DNA of 64,000 nucleotides from Planctomycetota bacterium (GTDB lineage Bacteria > Planctomycetota > Phycisphaerae > Phycisphaerales > UBA1924). The DNA is taken from positions 488,007-552,006 of the forward strand of contig JBCBHW010000002.1 in NCBI GenBank assembly GCA_038525225.1, in the 5' to 3' direction. Below are positions 40,669 to 49,432 of this stretch, piece after piece. A model generated the notes under the pieces. It made no database searches, was not told the DNA's origin, and saw nothing but the letters and a program-made list of their open reading frames with translations. Position 1 is the stretch's first letter. Each line of letters opens with the position of its first letter. The translations under genes and the position numbers were made by a program.

Positions 40669-42441
40669 TTGGCCGACGATCACGGACGCGACCACGGAGG
40701 GGGAAACGGCAGGCCGGGCGGTTCCGGACGACGGGACCGCGCGGTTTTCACAAGCGTCGAACGGCTGTTCGACAAGCTGCCGCCGCACTCGCTCGAAGCG
40801 GAGATGAGCCTGCTCGGATCGATGATCCTCGACCCGCAGGTCATCGCGGACGTGTTGCCCGTGGTCGGCTCGCCGGAGTCGTTCTACTCGTCCGGGCACG
40901 CCGCGATCTACAAGGGCATCCTCCAGCTGTACGACCAGCACCAGGCGGGCGATCTGGTCATGCTCGTCGATGTGCTGCGCAACGCGGGGCAGCTGGATGA
41001 CATCGGGGGCGAGCAGTACCTGGTCGACCTGGCCGAGGGCGTGCCCGCGCCGACGAGCGCCGTGTACTACGCGCGCACGGTTGCTGACAAGCACCGGCTG
41101 CGGTCGCTGATTGAGGCGTCGGGCAAGATCCTGTACGAGGCGTACCACCCGGGCGAGGGCGCACAGGCGGTCAACGAGGTCATCGACGCGGCCGAGAGCA
41201 AGATCTTCGCGATCGCAGAGCAGTCGCAGAGTGATGAGGCCCAGTCGCTCGAAGAGCTGCTGCAAGAAGAGATCGAGCACCTCGAAGCCATCGAGGGCAA
41301 GGGCGTCAGCGGCATCCCGACTGGCTACCTTGAGCTTGACGACATGCTGACCGGCCTGCACGCGGGCGAGATGATCATCGTCGCGGCCCGGCCTTCGATG
41401 GGCAAGACAGCGCTCGCGCTCAACATCGCCGAGCAGGTGGCGATGGGCGGCGCTTCGCTCGGCAACAAGCCCAAGGCGGACAAGTGCGCGGTTGCCTTGT
41501 TCAGCGTCGAGATGAGCAAGAGCGCGGTGACGAGCCGGATGCTCAGCGCGCGGTCGGGCGTGGACAGCCACAAGATGCGTTCGGGCCGGTTCACGCAGGA
41601 CGACTTCCAGCGGCTCATCCGCGCGTCGGGCGACCTGGCAGAGGCGCCGATCTACATCGACGACACGCCGAGCCTGTCGATCCTCGGGTTGCGGGCGCGG
41701 TCGCGTCGGCTCGCACGGAAGCACAACATCGGCTGCATCGTGATCGACTACCTGCAGCTTCTGTCATCGCCCGGCGCAGCGCGCGAGTCGCGGCAGGTCG
41801 AGGTCAGCGAGATCAGCCGGGGCATCAAAGCGCTCGCGCGTGAGCTCGATGTGCCGGTGATCTGTCTCGCGCAGCTCAATCGAGGCCCGGAGCAGCGTGA
41901 GGGCAAGCAGCCCCGGATCAGCGATCTGAGGGAATCGGGCTCGATCGAGCAGGACGCGGATGTCGTCTTGCTGCTGCACCGCGAGGAGTACTACCACATC
42001 GGCGACGAGGACTGGCAGATGGACAACCCTGACAAGCTGGGGCTGGCCGAGCTGATCGTCGCGAAGCAACGGAACGGGCCGACGGGCGTGGTGAAGCTGA
42101 CGTGGGACAGCCAGACGACGCGGTTCAAGAACCACGCGGAGTCTTCGGGCGGCGGCTACGGCGTGGGCGCGGGCTACGGCGGCGGACACAGCTCTGGTCA
42201 CAGCTCTGGACATGGCGCGGGCGTCGGCTACGGAGGCTCGAACGGTGCGTCGTACAGCGAGCCGAAGCCCAGGACCGAGCCGACCAGCGAAACGGCAACG
42301 CATGGCACCCCGCCCGACCAGAGCTTCGGCGGCTTCGGCAATCGGCCCAAGACGGGACCCGCCGAGGACCACCGCGACGGCGGAGGGCCGACCGAGTTCG
42401 ACGGCGATGAGTTCGACGGCGACGAGGTTGCGCCGTTCTGA
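40669..42441 (+). CDS. dnaB: replicative DNA helicase with a ~100-aa Gly/Tyr/Ser-rich disordered C-terminal extension ending in an acidic ...DEVAPF tip
   Basis: TTG start with GGAGG 8 nt upstream. Walker A is GEMIIVAARPSMGKTA. Helicase motif ELDVPVICLAQLNRGPEQR. Confidence 0.85.
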   Translation: MADDHGRDHGGGNGRPGGSGRRDRAVFTSVERLFDKLPPHSLEAEMSLLGSMILDPQVIADVLPVVGSPESFYSSGHAAIYKGILQLYDQHQAGDLVMLVDVLRNAGQLDDIGGEQYLVDLAEGVPAPTSAVYYARTVADKHRLRSLIEASGKILYEAYHPGEGAQAVNEVIDAAESKIFAIAEQSQSDEAQSLEELLQEEIEHLEAIEGKGVSGIPTGYLELDDMLTGLHAGEMIIVAARPSMGKTALALNIAEQVAMGGASLGNKPKADKCAVALFSVEMSKSAVTSRMLSARSGVDSHKMRSGRFTQDDFQRLIRASGDLAEAPIYIDDTPSLSILGLRARSRRLARKHNIGCIVIDYLQLLSSPGAARESRQVEVSEISRGIKALARELDVPVICLAQLNRGPEQREGKQPRISDLRESGSIEQDADVVLLLHREEYYHIGDEDWQMDNPDKLGLAELIVAKQRNGPTGVVKLTWDSQTTRFKNHAESSGGGYGVGAGYGGGHSSGHSSGHGAGVGYGGSNGASYSEPKPRTEPTSETATHGTPPDQSFGGFGNRPKTGPAEDHRDGGGPTEFDGDEFDGDEVAPF

Positions 42442-42453
42442 CGCGGACCCGAT

Positions 42454-43347
42454 CTAGCCGCTGAGGCGCTCGACCATGCCCATCGCGGCCTCAGGCCCGG
42501 GCATCGCGGCGAGGTCGAGCGGCAGGCACACGCCGAACTCGTGGTCGCTGTTGAGAATCACCGCGTTGGGCGGCACGAACGCGCTCCCGAACTCGGCGTG
42601 CTCGTGTCCCAGGATGAACCAGTTGACCCCCCACCGCTCGACAAGGTCCTCGAGCAGCTCGGCGTCGTAGCCCCGGCCCCAGACCATCAGGTGCGCCGAG
42701 CCCTGACGGGGCGTGTAGTCGTCGTCGGTCAGATCGCGCGAGAGCACACCGGGGTCGAACCGCTGCATCATCGCGGGGTTGGGCAGGCTGTGGCTGCACA
42801 GGGCATCGAAGCCGCCGCCGGCGGGGTTCGCGCAGTGGCAGCGCAGGGCCAGCGGCATCGAGCGCACGAAGTCGTCGATCGCGGCTTCGACCCGGGGTGC
42901 CTCGCCGCCGAACGCGTAGTCGAGGCCCAGCTCGAAGGCCTCGACGCACTTGATGCCGTCCTTGAGCACCGGGCTCTTGAGCATCTGCGCGAGCTCGTGG
43001 TTGGCGAGCAGCGTGTGCACGTGGTCGGGGTACTCCGACTTGAGGTGCGCGACCTTGGCCATGACGCGGTAGCTGAAGTCCATGCCGTTCATCAGCCGGT
43101 CGGAGTGGATGATCTCGTGCAGCGTCAGGTGCTTGCGGTCGGCGTCGGCGTGCTCGGGGGTCAGGCCGGCACGCTCGATCAGCGTCTGGAAGTGCATCGG
43201 GTTGTCGTGCAGGTCGCCCGTTGCGATGAGCCGGCCCGGCGGGCGGATCTCGTCGATCGATCCGTTGCGGCAGTCAGCATCGCGGTTGGCCTGTGCGCCG
43301 CGGGTGAGGGCGTCGATCACGGCGTCTGCGTTGGCGAGATCGAGCAT
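42454..43347 (-). CDS. calcineurin-like metallophosphoesterase (PPP-type Ser/Thr phosphatase-like)
   Basis: ORF trimmed to MLDLANADAV. Motifs GDLHDN, LANHE (GNHE-like) and ILGHEH. Confidence 0.7.
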   Translation of the reverse strand: MLDLANADAVIDALTRGAQANRDADCRNGSIDEIRPPGRLIATGDLHDNPMHFQTLIERAGLTPEHADADRKHLTLHEIIHSDRLMNGMDFSYRVMAKVAHLKSEYPDHVHTLLANHELAQMLKSPVLKDGIKCVEAFELGLDYAFGGEAPRVEAAIDDFVRSMPLALRCHCANPAGGGFDALCSHSLPNPAMMQRFDPGVLSRDLTDDDYTPRQGSAHLMVWGRGYDAELLEDLVERWGVNWFILGHEHAEFGSAFVPPNAVILNSDHEFGVCLPLDLAAMPGPEAAMGMVERLSG

Positions 43348-43364
43348 CGATGGGCTCGCGTCGG

Positions 43365-44246
43365 TCAGGCTCTGGACGCGCGGTGCTCGCCGCTGCGGTC
43401 CTTGACGCCGGCTTTGAGCATCGCGTGGATGAGCGCGAGCTGGTTCACGACCGCAGGCATTTCGGGGCGGTCTTCCGGCGCGACCTCGAGGCACTGCATG
43501 ATCAGATCGTTCAGCTTGCCGGGGATGCGCCGGTTGAGATCGATCGCCGGGATCGGCGGCTCGAGCAGCGTGTCATCGATCGAGCCCATGAGCGAGCCGT
43601 CGGGCGCGAGCGCGGTCTTGACCTTCTCGCGTGTGAGCACGAAGTAGATGCTCGCGCCGAGGTTGTACACGTCGGTCTTGGGCGTGATCTGCCGGCGGTG
43701 CACCTGCTCCGGAGCGATGTAGTCCGGCGTGCCCTGGATGCGCTTCTTGATCGTGCCGACGGCGCACGACTGGCCCAGGTCGATGATCTTGGCGGTCCCC
43801 TTGTCGTCAACAATAACGTTGTTGGGCTTGAAGTCGGCGTGGACGAAGCCCCGCTCGTGCATGTGGGCCATCGCGCTGGCGGCCTGCCGGAAGATGTCGC
43901 ACGCCGACTCGAACGTCTTGGGCATCAGCTTGTCGAGCGCCTGGCCGTCCACGTGCTCCATGAATAAGAACAAACGCGTGGTGTGGCGGAGGCCCTTCTT
44001 CTTCTTGACCAACCGTTCGATCTTGCGGATGGTCGGGTGGTCGAGCTTCTGGGCGATCTGGTACTCGGCCTCGGCCTGGTCCATGAAGCGGACTGACTTC
44101 TCGTCGGTCCGCTGGACGTCTTTGAGCGCCCAGACGCGCTTTGTCTTCTGGTCGTGGGCGAGATAGATGATCGACGCCGCCCCGCGTCCCAGCTCGGCCA
44201 GGATACGGCAGCCCTCAACCTCATCGCCCTTGATGAAGACTTCCAA
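43365..44246 (-). CDS. Hanks-type serine/threonine protein kinase (short, no sensor domain)
   Basis: Glycine loop LGRGAASIIYLA and VAIK-like WALKD. Catalytic loop is HADFKPNN. DLG and APE motifs present. TTG start inferred. Confidence 0.75.
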   Translation of the reverse strand: MEVFIKGDEVEGCRILAELGRGAASIIYLAHDQKTKRVWALKDVQRTDEKSVRFMDQAEAEYQIAQKLDHPTIRKIERLVKKKKGLRHTTRLFLFMEHVDGQALDKLMPKTFESACDIFRQAASAMAHMHERGFVHADFKPNNVIVDDKGTAKIIDLGQSCAVGTIKKRIQGTPDYIAPEQVHRRQITPKTDVYNLGASIYFVLTREKVKTALAPDGSLMGSIDDTLLEPPIPAIDLNRRIPGKLNDLIMQCLEVAPEDRPEMPAVVNQLALIHAMLKAGVKDRSGEHRASRA

Positions 44247-44486
44247 GCCGCTCTACCTCGCACGCAGCGGCGTCTCGGATACGCCGAGAGACCGGAACAA
44301 AGACGATGTGGGGCCCCGACCTGCCCGGAGCAGACCGAAGCCGCGAAGACGCATCGTAGCGGGCTGACGCATCGATGACACGCCCGTGGCACTCGCGCGG
44401 GTGAAGCACGCTTTCATAGGTGACGCGACGCGGCGTGGCTTCTCTTGGACCTAGGCAGCGCCGTCGGGTACGGCGACATGTACCCG

Positions 44487-45278
44487 TTATCGGATGAGCT
44501 GCTCGCGGAACGAGGCGGCCGGGAACCGCACGCCCGGGCTGGTGGTGCCGGCGAGGTCGCGGTGCAGCCAGATACCACTCGACGGCACGCCGAGCCGACG
44601 CTGGAGCTCGTTGACCGTCTGCACGAGCCGCTGCATCTGGGCGGGGGTGAAATCGCGGCGATCGCCGTCGCCCACGAGGCAGATGCCGATGGTGTTGAGG
44701 TTGTACCAGTCGCCGTCGGGGCCCGCGGTGTGGGCGCCCGGAGCCTGCTCGAGCCAGCGGCGGCCGACGTGGAGTTCCCCGTCGCTCGCGCCGTTCCCGT
44801 TGCCGATCACAAAGTGGTAGCCGAGGCCGTTCAGCCCCATGTCGCGGTGCTGGCGATCGAGGGTCGCGCCGGACCCGTGCGGCGAAGCGGAGTGGTGGAT
44901 CACGATGCCACGCCACCGGCCACGCTCGATCGGCGATTCCAGATCGAAGGCGGTCTCGAGCGACGTCGGGCCCGCGGAGGCGACGAGCGCTGGGAGCCGG
45001 AGGCCGCTGGTCTCGGGCCTCGGCGCGCCGTCGAGCAGCCAGAGCAGGCCGCCGATGACGGTCATGAATCCGATGAGGGAGGCGAGAACGACCTGGTCAC
45101 GCGTGAAGCCGTTGGCCGTGTGCTTCGGCTCGTGCCTCTCGGGCGTGCGCGCACGCGGCGTCTGCTTCTCGGAGCGTGTTGATGATGTTCGCTTTCGGCG
45201 GTCGGCGGTGCCCACGAGACGCATCCCTTCGTCACGATGCCCTGTTGAGCGACCGGCGCTCCGCCCGGCCCGTTCCAT
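44487..45278 (-). CDS. membrane-anchored N-acetylmuramoyl-L-alanine amidase (Amidase_2/PGRP fold, AmpD/AmiD-like)
   Basis: TM helix LASLIGFMTVIGGLLWLL followed by WRGIVIHHSASP...GYHFVI. The start is either 45278 or 45224; both are in-frame ATG codons. Confidence 0.7.
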   Translation of the reverse strand: MERAGRSAGRSTGHRDEGMRLVGTADRRKRTSSTRSEKQTPRARTPERHEPKHTANGFTRDQVVLASLIGFMTVIGGLLWLLDGAPRPETSGLRLPALVASAGPTSLETAFDLESPIERGRWRGIVIHHSASPHGSGATLDRQHRDMGLNGLGYHFVIGNGNGASDGELHVGRRWLEQAPGAHTAGPDGDWYNLNTIGICLVGDGDRRDFTPAQMQRLVQTVNELQRRLGVPSSGIWLHRDLAGTTSPGVRFPAASFREQLIR

Positions 45279-45350
45279 TCACGATGCCCCGCTCATCGGG
45301 CCGACCGGCCCGTTCCCCTCAAAAACCGTGTACGAGCAACGACTTGCCGA

Positions 45351-45611
45351 TCACTCGCCGTACGTCAGCCTCTCCCGCAGATTCGGAACCCGGCGACCGA
45401 ACTCGTTGAACCGGTACGGCGTCGCGTCCTGCGAGCGGACGCGGTCGTACCGCGCAAAGGGCGATCGTTCGTCGCTCTCGCGGAAGAGTGTCCGGTTGCA
45501 GCCGACCGAGCAGGAGACCACCGCTGCTACGAAGATTACCGCAGAACCACGACTAAAACTAAGCCTAGCTCGGCAGACTCTCGAACGCATGCCGGAGTGT
45601 AGCGTGCGCAC
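45351..45611 (-). CDS. possible small lipoprotein (GTG start; lipobox VVSC), hypothetical
   Basis: 86-aa ORF 72 nt upstream of the amidase. Basic n-region then AVIFVAAVVSC. No convincing RBS. Confidence 0.25.
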   Translation of the reverse strand: MRTLHSGMRSRVCRARLSFSRGSAVIFVAAVVSCSVGCNRTLFRESDERSPFARYDRVRSQDATPYRFNEFGRRVPNLRERLTYGE

Positions 45612-45721
45612 TAGATCCGACGGCTAACGCCCAGCCGAATCGGCCGGGCGTCCGCCGGGGGGAGAGAAACACTTGAAGAGAGGTACCACACAGATACGGG
45701 CCGAGAAGGCGCACCGTTCGT

Positions 45722-46231
45722 TCAAAGCTGTGGATTCGCTGCAAATCGCAGCGATGCATCGAGACTGAGGTCTCCCCTTGCGGCGCACTGTCGGAGACCC
45801 TCGTAGATCGCCGTGCAAACGACCGTGGCAACGTTCAGCGAGCGTTCTCCGCGCGCCATCGGCAGCCGGAGGACCCGGTCGGGAGCGGTCTGAAGCACCG
45901 CATCGGGGAGCCCAACCGACTCTTTTCCAAACACAAGGTGTTCACCCGGTTGGAAGTCGGCGTCATAGGCCAGCCGGCCTGTGCGGCCGCTGAAGAACCA
46001 TCGCCGGCCGTCGGCCGCTGGCGTCGCGTCGGCGTAGCTCTCGAACGAGCCGTGAGTGCGAAGGTTTAGCCGCGGCCAGTAGTCGAGTCCCGCCCGCCTG
46101 CAGGCCCTTTCGGAGAGATCGAAGCCGATCGGCTCGATCAGGTGCAACGCGCAGCCGGTGGCGACGCAGGTGCGGCCGATGTTGCCCGTGTTGTTGGGGA
46201 TCTCCGGCTCGTGCAGGACAACCTGGAACAC
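45722..46231 (-). CDS. trmL: tRNA (cytidine/uridine34-2'-O)-methyltransferase (SpoU family)
   Basis: ORF trimmed to the GTG at 46231, giving MFQVVLHEPEIPNNTGNIGRTC, which is collinear with E. coli TrmL MLNIVLYEPEIPPNTGNI. 169 aa. 4 nt after the upstream stop. Confidence 0.8.
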   Translation of the reverse strand: MFQVVLHEPEIPNNTGNIGRTCVATGCALHLIEPIGFDLSERACRRAGLDYWPRLNLRTHGSFESYADATPAADGRRWFFSGRTGRLAYDADFQPGEHLVFGKESVGLPDAVLQTAPDRVLRLPMARGERSLNVATVVCTAIYEGLRQCAARGDLSLDASLRFAANPQL

Positions 46232-46235
46232 CGGA

Positions 46236-47516
46236 TCAGTCGCCCGCGCGGATGAAGGCGTCCTCCGCGGCACGCCGGGCCTTGACGCCGGGGTCCACTC
46301 GGAGCGTGGTGTCGAGCGCCCGCCGCAGGTCATCCCAGTCGGTGAACAGCTCCTGGCGGCGGAGCACGCCGTCGCTGCTGATGATCCCGACAGAGCCGAT
46401 CAGCGCGAGAGGATCACGCCGGTTGCGGGTATCCAGGCTGGGCATCGGCGAGCCCTCGAGCGGGATGAGGTAGTGCGCCAGCCGCCGCGATCCCACGTAC
46501 TGGTCGATCGTCTCGTTGGAGATCGGGAGCTGGAAGAGCGGGTCAGTCGGCTCGCTCCCCCTGCGGCGTGAGGTGTCAACAACAGGGATCAACGCCCCGA
46601 CGACAACGACATCACGCGAATAGGTACGCTGCAGGTCGTCGATCCGGACCATCAGATCGTCGATGCTCCATCGCGCGACCGGGTGCCAGAGGTACATCAC
46701 CACGACCCGGCCCTCGGTGTTCGGCGCTCGGTCGTTGAACCAGCCGCTCGGCGGGACAGCGATGCTCACGGGGCCCGTGTCGCCTCGCCGGTTGCGGCGC
46801 CGCTCGCGCTCGCTGACTTCCTTGGTCGGCCACTCGACCGCCGCGTACTCCTCCGCGGGCGGCTTGACGAACGGCACGTTAAGGCCGGCGTCGAGATCGA
46901 TTCGCTCGTTGATCCCGCGGGAGAGCCGCCGCTCGCGCTCCGCGTCGGCACGGCGCTGGGCCCGCGTTGACTCGACACTCGCCGCGGCCGCCGCGTCTTC
47001 GCCGGCGACCTCTTGCACCGCGGCACGGACGCTCTCGGTCGTGATGTCGGCGTACCGCACCTGCCCGGCGCGATCGAACACGTACACGTCGGGATCTTGG
47101 TCGCTCTTGAGCTCGCCGCGGATCGAGCCGTCGGTGTCCCGCACGACGGGGAAGCCGAGCTTTCGCCGCTCGGCAAACGTCTGCGCCTCGTCCCAACCCT
47201 CATCGTCGTGCACGCCGACGACCACAAGATCGGGGAACTCCTCGCCGAGCCGCTTGGCCAGCATGGCGACGGAGTGGGACGGGCGGTACCACTCGGCCCA
47301 GGTGAACACGAGCATGGGTCGGCCGCTGATGTCGCCCAGGGTTGGGGCGTCGCCGATCCATTCGTCCTTCTGAAGAATGGTGCGCGTCGGCGCCGGCTGG
47401 TAGACCATCTTGTCGAGGGCGGCTCGCCGGGCCCCGGTCCCTTCGTTGATCACGGCTTGGCCGGCGGCACCGAGGGCTGCGAGACTTCCGACGACGGCTG
47501 CGAAGGTGCGGATCAT
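46236..47516 (-). CDS. secreted protein with two tandem TlpA/thioredoxin-like domains lacking the CxxC cysteines
   Basis: C-terminal 426 aa of ORF 46236..47921 starting MIRTFAAVVGSLAALGAAGQA. Domain 1 has FTWAEWYRPS where W-C-x-x-C is expected. Domain 2 has YLWHPVARWS. A coiled linker joins them. Confidence 0.65.
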   Translation of the reverse strand: MIRTFAAVVGSLAALGAAGQAVINEGTGARRAALDKMVYQPAPTRTILQKDEWIGDAPTLGDISGRPMLVFTWAEWYRPSHSVAMLAKRLGEEFPDLVVVGVHDDEGWDEAQTFAERRKLGFPVVRDTDGSIRGELKSDQDPDVYVFDRAGQVRYADITTESVRAAVQEVAGEDAAAAASVESTRAQRRADAERERRLSRGINERIDLDAGLNVPFVKPPAEEYAAVEWPTKEVSERERRRNRRGDTGPVSIAVPPSGWFNDRAPNTEGRVVVMYLWHPVARWSIDDLMVRIDDLQRTYSRDVVVVGALIPVVDTSRRRGSEPTDPLFQLPISNETIDQYVGSRRLAHYLIPLEGSPMPSLDTRNRRDPLALIGSVGIISSDGVLRRQELFTDWDDLRRALDTTLRVDPGVKARRAAEDAFIRAGD

Positions 47517-47545
47517 GTGATCGGACTCCGTTTGGATGGATGGCG

Positions 47546-48424
47546 TCACGCGCCCTCCGACGCATCGTACGGACGTTTCAACAGCGAGCGGGTTCCGTGC
47601 ATGGCAATCGCGGCGGCGGTGACGACGTTGAGGCTGTCGATACCCTCTTCGATCTCGATACGCACGGTCCTGTCGGCGGCTGCGGCCGCGACGTCGGTCA
47701 GTCCGGCGCCCTCGGAGCCGAGAAGCCACGCCACGCGATCGGACGTGGGCCGCCAGTCGTGCATCGGCACGGCGTCGCGATCGAGGCTGAGTGCCGCGGT
47801 CTCGAAGCCGGCGTGTCGGAGCGCTCGCACGCCGCTGGGCCCGTCCTCGAGCCGCGTGAAGGGCACGGCCAGCGCGTGGCCCATCGATACCCGGATCGCT
47901 TTGCGGTAGAGCGGGTCGCACGATGTCGGGTCGAGCAGGACCACCGCCTTGCGGCCGAGCGCCGCGGCGACGCGGAGGATCCCGCCGACGTTGTCGTGGT
48001 TGGCAAGACCCTCCAGCACGAACGCGGTCTGCGCGCCCTTCAGCAGCCCCGTGACGGATTCGTTCGGACGGCGTAGGCCGGCCGCTAGCACGCCCCGGTG
48101 GATGGGGAAACCGACGACAGCGTCCATCACCGCGCGGCTCGCGGTATAGATCGGTGTGCCCGAGGGCAGATCTGCAAGCCAGCGGCGATCGCGTTCGAGG
48201 CGAGCCTCCGCCAGAAGAACCGACGCGAGACCGAACCGGCTGCCCCCCTCGGCGAACCTTCGGACGACCTTTTCACCCTCCGCGATAAACAGGCCGTGCG
48301 GGGCGGCCGGTGTCGGGCTTGGCAGCCTGTTCTCGGGCAGCGCGCGGTAGGGTTCGATCCGGGGATCGGCGGGGTCGCTGATCGCGATGGTGTGGAGCGG
48401 TTTGGTGGATTTCTCCGGACGCAC
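47546..48424 (-). CDS. SpoU/TrmH-family RNA 2'-O-methyltransferase
   Basis: C-terminal 292 aa of ORF 47546..49450 from an in-frame GTG. Motifs are LVLEGLANHDNVGGILR and LLGSEGAGL...IDSLNVVTAAAIAMH (SPOUT knot). Confidence 0.7.
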   Translation of the reverse strand: MRPEKSTKPLHTIAISDPADPRIEPYRALPENRLPSPTPAAPHGLFIAEGEKVVRRFAEGGSRFGLASVLLAEARLERDRRWLADLPSGTPIYTASRAVMDAVVGFPIHRGVLAAGLRRPNESVTGLLKGAQTAFVLEGLANHDNVGGILRVAAALGRKAVVLLDPTSCDPLYRKAIRVSMGHALAVPFTRLEDGPSGVRALRHAGFETAALSLDRDAVPMHDWRPTSDRVAWLLGSEGAGLTDVAAAAADRTVRIEIEEGIDSLNVVTAAAIAMHGTRSLLKRPYDASEGA

Positions 48425-48499
48425 AGCCGATGCTACCGGGCGAGGCCGGGCGCGTCTCGGCGGCCTCTGGTGTTGAAGTCCTGGACGGAGCGACCCAGC

Positions 48500-49432
48500 A
48501 TGGAATGGTGGCAGGCCGCGATTCTCGGGTTGGTGGAGGGCATCACCGAGTACCTCCCCGTGAGCTCGACCGGGCATCTGATCATCGCGAGCGCCCTGAT
48601 GGGGCTCGACGAGCCGGAGATCAAGTCGTCGGTTGATGCGTTCAACATCGTCATCCAGGGCGGCGCGATCCTGGCGGTGCTGGGGCTGTACCGCGATCGC
48701 GTGTTCCAGATGCTGCGGGGGCTGGTCGGCCGGAGCCCGGCGGGCCGTCGGCTGCTGATCAACCTGTTTGTCGCGTTCCTGCCCGCGGCCGTGCTGGGGC
48801 TGCGGTTCGATGAGCTGATCGAGCGGCACCTTTTCTCGACGGGCCCGGTGATCGCGGCCCTGGCGCTGGGCGGCGTCTACATGATCGTTCTGGACCGCTG
48901 GAAGCTGCGCAGGCATCGCGCGCGGCCCCATGACGACGATAACGATCTGCTCGCCGCGATGACCATCAAACAGGCTCTCATCATCGGTTTCATGCAGTGC
49001 CTCGCGATGTGGCCCGGGACGAGCCGCTCGATGATGACCATTACGGGCGGGGTGCTGGTCGGCCTGAGGCCCAGGCAGGCGGCGGAATTCAGCTTCTTGC
49101 TCGGCCTGCCTACGCTGGGCGGGGCCTGTGTGTACAAGCTGGCCAAGAACATCATCGAGTCGGACCGCGACGGTGTGCCCAACCTGTTCGAGGTTTTCGG
49201 CGTCGCGTCGTTCGCGGCAGGTCTGATCGTGGCGACGGTGAGCGCCGCCTTCGCTGTCAAGTGGCTCGTGGGCTTCCTCAACAAGCACGGGCTCGAAGCC
49301 TTCGGCTGGTACCGCATCGGACTGGCCGTCGTGCTGGGGACGCTGATCGCCACCGGCGTCGTCGCGCTCGACGGTGAGAGTGCCGTGGGCATCGACGTCG
49401 GCGGGTCGGCAGACTCGGCCGGTCAGCCGTGA
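48500..49432 (+). CDS. uppP: undecaprenyl-diphosphate phosphatase
   Basis: ORF 48098..49432, trimmed to MEWWQAAILGLVEGITEYLPVSSTGHL. Second motif PGTSRSMMTITGG. Confidence 0.85.
   Translation: MEWWQAAILGLVEGITEYLPVSSTGHLIIASALMGLDEPEIKSSVDAFNIVIQGGAILAVLGLYRDRVFQMLRGLVGRSPAGRRLLINLFVAFLPAAVLGLRFDELIERHLFSTGPVIAALALGGVYMIVLDRWKLRRHRARPHDDDNDLLAAMTIKQALIIGFMQCLAMWPGTSRSMMTITGGVLVGLRPRQAAEFSFLLGLPTLGGACVYKLAKNIIESDRDGVPNLFEVFGVASFAAGLIVATVSAAFAVKWLVGFLNKHGLEAFGWYRIGLAVVLGTLIATGVVALDGESAVGIDVGGSADSAGQP

Noticed and set aside
40339-41724. 461-aa minus-strand ORF
   Set aside because: It is antisense to dnaB, whose helicase motifs are unambiguous.
45480-45620. Possible tmRNA/ncRNA (string ...gctgctacgaag...ctaaaactaagcctagct...)
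   Set aside because: No frame gives a tag peptide ending in a stop with an ALAA-like terminus. The region is instead covered by a plausible small minus-strand ORF. No tRNA-like acceptor or T-arm was found.
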